Positions 37,101 through 49,100 of a stretch of 64,000 nucleotides of DNA are shown piece after piece. The position numbers were made by a program, and so were the translations under genes. The notes under the pieces are model-generated. The model was not told where the DNA came from and searched no databases. It saw nothing but the letters and a program-made list of their open reading frames with translations. The stretch is taken from NCBI RefSeq assembly GCF_963676685.1, contig NC_092346.1, forward strand, positions 90,458,001 through 90,522,000, given 5' to 3'. The first letter of the stretch is position 1, and every line of letters begins with the position of its first letter. This DNA is from Mytilus edulis (lineage: Eukaryota).

Positions 37101-40100
37101 TCACATTTTACCTTCGATAGATAATTGTTTCATTTAAAAATGTACCACATATCATAATGTCTATATTGCGCTTAAAACTTAACATTAGAAAGGGAGTTAT
37201 CAATTGACAGCCATCGGACCAAGACCTGGGAACAGGTCCTTTAATTAAACGATCAACTGATATTTTCTGATAGTAATGCAACTTTTAAGACAAATCATCG
37301 ACCTACCACAAATTATTCTATTTATACTGTCTTAAGCAGAAAAATTAGACATCTATTAGAAAAGCAACACATATGTCTCGCCGTCTCGCGACTTTCGTCG
37401 AAGATGATATAAAAAAAGATTGTAATCTCATAGTTATTATTATGTGGGTACAATAATTTTATTGCAGATCAAACAGAGATTAAATGCGTATCCACAAAAA
37501 AAGTGTAGCTTCCGTTAAAGATTAAGCCGACATGTGGCCATGTTTCTAATGAGTAGATAACTTACATGAGAAACTGGTTTAGATGGTTCTGAAAGTTAAA
37601 CACATAACGAAATATGATCAATTAAACTTGAAAATGTATTTTCAAAAGTTACTTAAGCTTTACTTCAGTACCCAAATTCCCTTCAATAACAAACATATTT
37701 AAAAAGGCATTTATATGTAACAACTTCATGTACATTTTTGAAAGCCTCTTGTAGCTGCATCAACCTAAGATTTTAATAACATTTTTTATATAAAAAAATC
37801 TATTCCCATAAGCGATATTATTTTACAAAAAAACGAAATGAGTGTCCGGTTACAGAACAATGAGGAAATCCTGAATAATCATAGGTATGTGTTATATATA
37901 TATATATGGAACTTCAACTCACGATGAAGAACTGAATAATACTACATGATGTTTGATACAAAAATTACATAGATGTCCATGACGCAAAGTAATATTACTG
38001 AGTCTAACGAGTGCTTTAAGACATACATTCTCCATTATTAACACCAGTTGTATTTTTCACCAATTAAAGACATGTTTCGAAGTAATTGTGTAATTGCTTA
38101 CTTTAGATTCGGCGTCAATCAGATGTGGATACCATAAAATGCCAAATATATGTTAGACAATACATACTATAAGTATCTTTCTTCTTGCAATATTATCAAA
38201 ATATTTTACTTTTCTTACCTTACATAATCATATCCTAATCTCAAATAAATACAGTTACAATAAGGATTGGTTTTAGAAAAAAAACAAATCTTACGAAAAA
38301 AAAGATAACTTCAGCTTTCCGATGTTGAAATCTCTTATTTTTAAAATGAAAAAAAAACATTCTTGCACATGGAGCTAATTTCTCTCATATGATATTCCAA
38401 AGATTGCCTTTCCTATCATGATTTCCTTCGTAGGGGTTGCTGCTGACAAGGTAGCTATTAAACCCCAAGAGGTGAAATTTGAATCATCACTTGGACATTT
38501 TTACAGACATCATCACAAGATGGTTAAACATTATTTAATGGTTGATAAACAGTCAACACTGGATATGTTTAAATTGTCGTAACAACAATCCTGTCCTTTT
38601 TCCTCGAATGTGTCCTTACGAATTTGACTTCTCTTTTCCTTTTGGTATAGGTAGCCCCTCTTTTATTAGAATCAAAAGCAAATAACTATATTTCATATGA
38701 ATTTAATAGACCTTTTCAAATAATTAAACTTTAATTGAACTTACCAGCTGTAACTTCTATTGAATAACATAATTCATCAGCTGTTTGACTGAAACATAAA
38801 GATGCAGCTGATAATTGATTTGAATGAAACTAAAATTAACAGTAAAATCTATATTAATAATGGTTCTCATTCAACTTCAACATATTTTATTTCTTGTTTA
38901 TAAAGATAACCAACAGCTGAGACCCACCTACGAGCGCGGGATTTTCTCGCTGCATTGAAGACCCATTGATAGCCCTTGGCTGTTATCTGCTCTTTGGTTG
39001 GGTTGTTATCTCTCTTTCATTTTCCTCATTTCAATTCTCAATTTTAAAAAGCAGTACCATATTAAACAATATAAACCAAACATCACCAGGAATTATTACC
39101 GTACTTCTTTGGTCGTCTGAACAACTTATTTGTCTTATAAAGTTGTAAATTTCATTAAAATACCCTAAGCAAATATAAAATGTTGATTGGCAATAGGAAT
39201 TAAATTTCCGAAAAAACAAATTCATCATAGAAACAAATTTAAATGTTTTACGTCAGCCATACTTGTCGTCTTCATCATTGACGCGCAAATCAATAAAGTT
39301 AAAAAAGCAAAATAATGTAAGAAGTTGAAGAATCATAAAGATCAAACATTCCTTAAAGTATTGTCTAATAAAGCTTGAGCAATATTTTTCTGTGGTAGTA
39401 AAGACATATTTCGAAGAAAAGGAAAGCCAAAGACTAAGGTGGTGAAACCCTCGGGGAAGCAACACACTTTAAAAGCGAAAGCAGAATTTCTTTTGTTTTT
39501 TAACATTTAAGATATCATAATCTTTATTTAAATAAAACAGCAGAATGTTAATGAACTTATGGCCTTGTAAGAATGGAAATAGATAATTGTCTATGGCATA
39601 ATTAAAACGGATATTGTATATGTGCCCAACATACATAATTGTTTATCAAGTCCAATCGAATGGTTGATCCTTTTATATATAACGTAATTAAAATCGTGAC
39701 GTTTTTAATGGGGTAGATTGACAGTACATCAACAGACGTTTTTAGTTATTGTTATTTTAGTAATCTGTAAATTAAACCCACATGACAAAACATTATGATA
39801 TTACAGCATTTAGTCCCTATAAAGTTGTCCTATTTCTTTTTGAAAAAAAACAAAAAACGTGCTCCAAGAATAATTCAAAATCGACAGTCCCTTATAAAAT
39901 GGCAAAATGAAAAGCTGTAACACATCAAACAAATGAAAATAAAAACTTACCCAGCAGCATTCACAATTTGTACACAAACTTTATGGTTTCCTATTTTCTT
40001 TGGCAGTATAGAAGTAACAGTATAATATACATATGTGTTATTTTTATCCTGTAGAAAATTCAGGCCAAGAACTTGTACACTGGCATCCACAAAACCTTTC

Positions 40101-43100
40101 TTCATTGAAGGTCTAAATATATTAAAAATAAAATTTGTATCATAAACTTTTAGATTGCATTTCACAAAATATGTATTTCATTCCATATTTTTTTTAATAG
40201 TTTTTAAAGGTATGTATTAGAAATGTAAAATTAAAAATGTGTCATGCATTATCTTTTGTTGAATACCGGTCAACGATGGTTTCCGTCATGCAAGTTTCCC
40301 TGTCTCTGGTCCATAACAAATATCTGACACCACTATCCACCAACTTATCAATGGCCATAAACATTTGTTTTCTAATATTGTTTGCCAAACTTAATTTGAG
40401 TGCTGCTGAGATAAATCAATTCAGACACATTTCAAGGTTAATGCATAATTTACACTCGTTCTAAGTGTTTTACGCTACTGCATTTAAACCATAGATTTTA
40501 GGTGTTTGTATTTGCGTGATCAATATATTAATGTCTATTTAGAGGTATTCGGTTAATATAATGTTAACTGTTAAAGATTTCGAATACCTTTCCTCAACAT
40601 CAGGTATGACCAAGGAAATATCCGGTGTATATGCATGATCTATAAAGCCTATATCAGTAATAACAATTAATTTAGGAAATTAATTTTGTTCTAGGTAATA
40701 TTCAGTACAATATTTTATCTGAACAGAATTGATTAGGATTAAGAACGCTTCATACTAAAATAAATTTTGTTTTCCATATTCACCAATACGAATCCCCAGT
40801 AATCAGACATTAGCATTTCACATGGAACTTCTTGCTAGACTTACTGTACATTAGGATCACTGGTAATGACATACAGTATCTCATAAGAATATCCTTAGAA
40901 GACTTACTTTATAATATGATCTCTAGTCAACACAGATAGTATCTCACATTGATATTCTTTTAAAAGACTTACTTTGCCTTAGGATCACGAGTCAACACAG
41001 ATGGTATTTCAAATAGATCTCCTTAGAAGTCTTACTTTACAAAAGGATCTCCAGTCAATACATATGGTATTTAACATGGATCTTCCAGATGACTTACTTT
41101 GCAGAATCATCTCCAGTCAACACATATGGTATCTGACATGGATCTCCGCAGAAGACCTAATTTACATTAGGATTTCCTGTCAACATATATGGTATCTTAC
41201 AAAGATCTTCTTAGATGGCTTATTTTACAAATAATCTCCTGTCAACACAGGTGATATCTCACATGATCTTCTCAGAAGACTTACTTTATAAAAGAATCTC
41301 CAGTCAACACAGATGATATTTCAGGTGATCTTTTTAGAAGACTTACGTTACATTAGGATCTCTAGTCCAAACAGGTGGTATCTCACATGGATCTCCTTAG
41401 AAGACTTACTTTGCATTAGTATCTCCAATCAACACAGATGGTATTTCACATGGATCTTCAAGATGACATTTAATTGATTTTGGTAATGATGATCCTATGA
41501 ACTTAGCCTACAAATAAATGAAACTTCAAGTGAAACAGTACGGTGAACTATAGTTTGGTCTCTTGTGGACAGATGTATATTGGCAATCATACCACATCTT
41601 CTTTTGTATATTAAACACATTCTCACAAAAAAAAACAGTTTTCATTTGAGTGTACTATAAACCTACTTTTAGTTTTATCTAATGTCATCATGGAATTAAA
41701 ACACAGGAATGAAATTTAACGGACATTTGAATACACACACACACACTATTCAAATTCATTTCAGGTTTATGCGTTTCGCTCGGTTTTGGTTTGTTACCCC
41801 GATTTTGTTTATTGTCCCTGGATTTATGAGTTTTGAACAGCGGTATACTACTGTTGCCTTTATTTATGAACCATTCATTTTTGAAATCATCTAATGTTTA
41901 TTGGAATCTTAACATTCAGAGTGTGGTGCAGAAAACATCAAAACGAATAAACTTTACTTACGCCACTTGTTGCAGGATTTGTTAACCTTGTTGTGGTCTC
42001 TGAAAAATAAACACTATGTTGGAATAATTGTCAGCGGGACCAGTTGACAGCCTTTATAGGGTAAAATCAGTACCAGAACAAAACAAAAACAGGTGTCGAG
42101 TTTTTAAAGTCTTATAACGAGTAAGTTTGTTGGCTGTAACATTAAAAATTCCTTGAAAATAAATTCTAAATCTTGATATTCCAAAAAAAAACCAATATTC
42201 TTTCCCAGATCCAAATGTAATCATTAGTACCAGCATACCAATAAGCTTAATCTTGAATCCCCCCAATAAAGCCCAGTTCTGACGTATACAAAAAAGGTCT
42301 TTTTGTCCCTCTTTTTACAATTAGAAGTATAAAAATCAAGGCACGCATCAATAATTGATTGAGTCTTCTAGAGAACCAAAAATGAAATTGTTAGAATTTA
42401 GTTCCATATTGAAAAGTTTCCATTTATACTTATATGTGTCATAATTTTCTTCTTCTAACGGTACATAAACGATATAATTTCTATTCCTATTCTTGTTCTT
42501 TAAGTTTGATTTCGTCGTTGTGTTTTGGTATATCTCTTGTGAATTCGCAAATCATTCTTAAATCATGCATTTGTTGGGAGTACTAGGCATAACATAAATG
42601 TTTGCTAGAAGAAAAATATATACTTACTCTGTTCACAGTGTGGCCCAATATACCCGAGTCTACAGAAACATGTTTTCTTGATACTATCTGTGTGACAATG
42701 TCCACCATTTTTGCAATATTGTTGATTAGATTTTGTTGCAGGACAACTACCTATATATAAATAAAATATGTACTTAATGCACAACTATCAAAGCCTAAGT
42801 CATGTTATCTGAATTGTGTTGTTATATGGTCTGCAAATGGTCTAAACATATTTTAAGGACATAAAACTAATGTTCAGCAGCTAGATAACATTTAACACTG
42901 TAGCGTGGTTTATAAAACGCCTGCAATGAGACGCTTGATAAAAAAAAATATCACTTTTATGCAATTTGTTATTGGCCTGATATAAATCATTAAGGAAGCA
43001 AATAAGGAACTAGAATACCTAAGCATGTTAACCATTTGTTAAAAGCTATACACATTGAAGATCTTAGAAAGTCTTTGTAACAACTATTCTAGACCCTTCA

Positions 43101-46100
43101 GCAGTGCAAGTGATACACAATTTGATAATTCATATTTCACTTTACCTATTTCACAACTTTTCCCATAGAAACCTAATTTACACATACATGAGTGTGTACC
43201 ATTTGACGAGGCAACACATAAACCATCATTCTGACATGGATTGGATGAACAAGGATCTACAAACCAAAAAACAAGTTAGTTTTATAATCATAAGACTTTT
43301 TTTAAAAATTGTATTGGTTTAATTATATGTTAACACCTGTTTTACATTCGATTTCTAATCAAAATTTATAAAATTCATTTTCTAAACATAAAATAAAAAA
43401 ATAACCAGGTCACAGAAGCCATTATTTTACGTGTCATTAATCTCATATGTACACAAAGTAAACTCACCTTTTCCATCAAGTCGTACATGTTAGCAATGTC
43501 CACTCACCTTTACTTTCAAGTCCCACATGTACACAATGTCAACTCATCTTTACTATCATGACTCATATGTGCACAATTACAACTCATCTTTACTATCAAG
43601 TTCCATATTTTCACAATTACAATTCATATTTGTAATCAAGTCTCATAATTACACAATGACAATTCACCTTTTTTATCAAATCTAATTTGAACACAATGTC
43701 TACTCACCTTTACTTTCTAGTCTCACAAGTACACAATAACAACTCGCCTGAACAAAATGACAACTTACCTTTACTATCAAGTATCATATGTGCACAATGA
43801 CAATTTACCTTTACTATCAGCAACTATATGTAATAGATAACATCTGGTCTCTCCGTCTTGGCTGAAAATAAGAAATTTCAAAAATTTTATAAGTAGGAAT
43901 TGTGTATTTTTTTTATTTTTTTTTAACGATAACAAATAATTTATTCAATCGTTTCCTGTTATATAAATACCTAAGTAGCCCAGGTTGCATAATTAGGGGC
44001 CCCTGTTTTTTTAACACCCTCATTTTACCAGGGAAAATATCAAATGAGTTTATACAATAGTTTTACATACATAATTATATTTAAATAACCATTACAATTG
44101 ATTTTCCCACCTGATAGGATCACTGTATAATATCACTATCGTATATCCGGTTCACTGAACAAAACATGTGTTAATCTAAACTGGAATAACTTTAAAATTA
44201 GATTGCGAAAATAAGTTATTGTTTGACTTGAAGAATTTTGAGGTGATTGAACAGAATTTGAAAGTATTCTTTACTATATATATATATATATGGATTATAA
44301 AAAAGGATAAAGCACATGTGGTGAGTACAAATGTATTACGAAGGATAATATATGTGGTAATTTACTTTTGTAACTTATGTGCACAGACATAGATTCAAAT
44401 AATAATTACAATAACAGATATTGTTTTTTCTTTCTGTTATAATAACATAGTGTTCACTACTTTATACACAATATACAATAAGATAAGTATATATGGAATG
44501 GAACACACCTTTCGTTTAGAGCAGTAGAACTAAGTACATCTTCCTAAATTTTTTCAATAAAGAGTTTAATTTTCGTTTTGCATATATACTTTATATCCGA
44601 GCGTAGCAGAAGAAATTTTAATTCGTTTTTCCTGGCATTTTTAGCATAACCTGTATAGACTGCACATTCAGTTTAATTTTATCGAATTTGCATTTATTAC
44701 GTATTTTCCAAATAGCCCATTTGAAATAAAGTATTATTGCATTAACAATGAAATTACTCGAATTCTCTGTACAAATTCCTAATAAAATATCTTTTTCAAC
44801 GAGAACCTCGTCGTTTATAAGGTTACAAAGTTGTAAATTTCTAACAACCGTTTCTATCAATGGTTTAACATTGTTACATTGATAAAATAAATGCTCAAGA
44901 GTTTCAATATTATTAATTTCATCACATAAGTGACATTTTCTATTTGACATGCGCCTTATTTTCAGTCTGTTTTCTGTATATAAAATCCTGTGTATACATT
45001 TCCATTGAAATTCCTTAACTTTTCTAATAATATTCATTTTACTTAGATTTAGCCAAATTTTTTCCCATTTTATATATTCGCTATACAAATTTTCCCATTT
45101 TGTTTGACACTTAGGGGTCTCAATTATGTTAATGTTTAATTGAACATATTTTAATGTCAAATCCTTTATTTTAATGATTTTATTGTCTGAATTTAAAAAT
45201 TCAAGGTTTTCAGAAATTTTTATTTTGTTGCTTTTTAAAGCAGGTTGATCATCGTTATTTTTTTAAAATCTGCATGAATGTTTGTGGTTTAGAACTTTTA
45301 ATTCGTGAATATTTCGAAATACAATTACGTTTATCTATTAATTGTCTATATATTTCATTGCACGATTTAAAATCTTTGGTATTATCGTCCCATATATCAC
45401 CAAGAGTTTTGATCTGACTTCTTGAGAAGGAAGAATAAAATAAAGATTTGCCCTGAAATAAAATATTGGAGTTTCCAAATAATCGCTGTTTCTTTACTTC
45501 CATTACGTTAAATATACTCTGTGTGATCTTTGTCAGTTTTGACCACGATTGTAAAGCGGTTCCGTAATAATGTGGTATGTTTTTTATTTCAAGACCTGAA
45601 AGGTCAGAACATGTACACAGAAATAGTTCATTCTCAAATTTCTTATCACAATTTTTTAACCAAAATTTACCTATTGCATTCCAACTAGATAATGGCTTAT
45701 GCTATATCGAATATAAAGATTTGATATATTTACTTTCTATCCAACTATCTAAATTTACCATTCCCATGCCCCCCTTTTTAACATCTAAACAACAAACCTT
45801 CCGGTCTACTTGATTCACTTTCCCATCCCAAATAAAATTCCATATTATCTTAATCAATTCTTTTTTGTATTTTTCGGGTATACCTCTTATTTCTTACTCA
45901 TACCAACACACTGATATAATTAAATTTTTTTAACAATAAGGAACTGTGTATTTTAATTCTATTTCAGTTCATCTTAACTAAATCAAGCTAGAAATTTTAA
46001 CCTGTTTAACTCTTCCTTGGGTTATATCACTTATATCTCACCTGGCTCAATTTCATAATAAAATATATGAGTGGGTCACTTCTAACCAATTGATAATGTT

Positions 46101-49100
46101 AACAAGTTTCTTTTCTTTTGAAACCTTTGAAAATGAAGTTTAACATTAATAATAGGATTTTTTTTCCAAAGGAGTAGGGTCGGTAAGGGCCGATTTTTGA
46201 CTCAAATTTAAGGTTTATTAAACGAAAGATTTTGAACACTTTTTAAACACTTTTTAAAAGTATCTATTTCAATCGATTCAATAAATTTATGTTAAAGATA
46301 TGAACTGAGTTTGTCCTTTAAAACGCTCCGATTCAAGCTTAAAGATGAAAAATCTATCAAATATGCAAAACAAAACGTCACTTTTCAGATGTTTTTTGTC
46401 AAAAAAGAAAGTGGCCGCATCCGTGTTCATCCTCAACCTTTATATATGTTATGTATTATCATTAAAAACAACTTACATTTCAGTATTATGAATGAAAACG
46501 AATGCGGCCACTTTCCGTCTAAAATTTAACTAAATTGCTAAAATTGTGAAGATTTCAGTAGTTAAGCATTACCTAATGATATACCTGATATATTTGCATT
46601 GTATTGTCAAAAACAGCCCATGTTTGTGTAGCAGAAGCATTCTACTTTCCAATAAATAGATAACAGATTGCATTTTAACAATTTTGTAAAACTGCTTTAT
46701 TTTGGGGCCAAAAAGAGGAATTGTTTTTAAGTTATATTGGTTTCGAGCTGTTGGATTTAATCATATTTCAATGATTTGAATTAAAAACTACTCTCATTAA
46801 CTACTGATCTTTACAAAAAGAATGATAATAATAATGTATTTCTTATATACACTGTCTCATCTAAATAAAAGAAAATACCTGAGGGACATTCAAACTCATA
46901 AGGCGAAAAGAAAACTGACAATGCCATTGCTCAAAAACAAAACAAAACATACAACAATTACACAGACAAGTAGTAGAACAAACACACATAATAGAAAACT
47001 AAAGACTAATCAACACTTCATTAAAAGTAACAAAAATATTCATTAACATTTTAATAGTAGAAAAGGTGGACTTAGTCACTGTGAATACTAGTTCGATCTT
47101 TCTGGTGCAACTATGATCCTATCGTATGTCTAATTTCTTAAAATTGAGTAATCAATGTATTGTGCTCATTCTATAAAAGCATGAACACCTAAATAAAAAA
47201 CCATTGAAATTAAATAATCTAGTGTTCCCTTCACCATGTTTAATAGTGTGGCCGTCTTTTTTCGTAAGCCCGAAGTACTCTCCAAATACAAGAAATTCAT
47301 AGTATCCATGCATAAAATTGTCAGTCTGTCTTGGTTGGTCCTGTTCATTTAGTCTTCGAATGGAATGATCGCACTATCTGCATATGATTTTATAGCAAAC
47401 ATAAAGCCCACTTTAAATTAAACAAATCCGAAATACATGTTTTCTTTTCAAGTACAAGCCAGGTTTTTAACAACTTTTTATTAAAGTATTTTGTAAAACC
47501 AAATTTATACACAATCTACAATCATATCATTTTACATTGTTTTCAATGGAAGTATTGCAATACTTTTTTCAAGGTGTATATTACAAATTTCACGAAGTTT
47601 TGAATTCTCAAGTATGCTTAGGAACTTCTGGTCCTAAATGCTCTTCAACTTTGTACTCTTTTTTTACTTTCGAACTTTTTTCATCAGAGCGTCACTGGTT
47701 AATCTTTTGTGGACGAAACATGCGTCTGGCGTATAAAATTTTAAACCTGGCACCTATTGTTAAATCTTATTCGAATGTTTTTCTGTCATATATGTTCTCT
47801 CATTTATTTGTATTAATTGTAGTCCTATCATGTAATGTTTCATTTGATGCTATATTTAACATTGCCATAAAAGCGGTAGGTTTGGCATGCCAGGTTTAAA
47901 GCAGGTTCAATCCACCATTTTTTTTATGAAAATGTCCTGTACCAAGTCAGGAAAATGGCAATTGTTATACAATAGTTCGTTTCTGTGTGTGATACATTTA
48001 AATGTCGTGTTTCTGTTGTGTCGTAGTTCTCCTCTTATATTTGATGTGTTTTTCTTAGTTTAAGTTTGAAACCCGGATTTTTTTTTTTCTTAATCATTCA
48101 TAAATATCGAACAGTGGTTTACTACTGTTGCCTTAATCAGTCAAATTTTCAATTATTCTAAAAAGAAATTTGCATAGTTTACTGTAATTCACCCATGATT
48201 TAGAAATTGTTTTTGTCTAGGTTTTAATATCATTATTTGCAACTTTTGGTTACAGGCATTTTCGATCTTAGGATAGTGCCAAGGGTTTCCTCAACTTAAA
48301 AAGTTTAGAAATGTACAAAAGCATTCTATTTTGACAATATATCCAAAATGTGCTATCATAAAGAGATTTTTATTCAAAAGGAAGAAAAGTTTGTGAAATA
48401 TATATAAAAAAGAAAATGTGGTATGATTGCCAATGAGACAACTATCCACAAAAGACCAAAATGACACAAACATTAACAACAATAGGTCACCGTACGGCCT
48501 TCAACAATGTGCAAAGCCCATACCGCATAGTCAGCTATAAAAGGCCCAGATAAGACAATGTAAAACAATTCAAACGAGAAAACTAACGGCCTTATTTATG
48601 TAAAAAAATTAACGAAAAACAAATATGTAACACATAAACAAACGACAACCACTGAATTACAAGCTCTTGACTTGGGACATGCACATACATAAATAATTTG
48701 GCGGGGTTAAACATGTTTATACATTTAAAAAACAATTTATAACCTTTTAAAAACTGTGCAGATTACAATTAAGAAATAAACTTCAACTAATTTCAGGTCA
48801 TAAACCATATAGAAGCCATTCAACAATAGCACATAAAATCTATGTATGTATTCTTACGTTGCTTGAAAACAAACTTCCGTTTTAGTTCCAACAGCTAATC
48901 CTATTGTACTGTAAGCAATATCAGAATGACAAACTGTACCCAAACCACTACGGTAAAATTCCATTTCTTTAGGTCCAAACACAGTGCAGGGTGCATCACT
49001 TTGAAACACTGGTGGTAAACTGTAATTAAAAAAAACAGCATTGTCTAATTATAAAATTATCAAATCAAATTACCTATTGAATTGGATGGATCCCACTATA

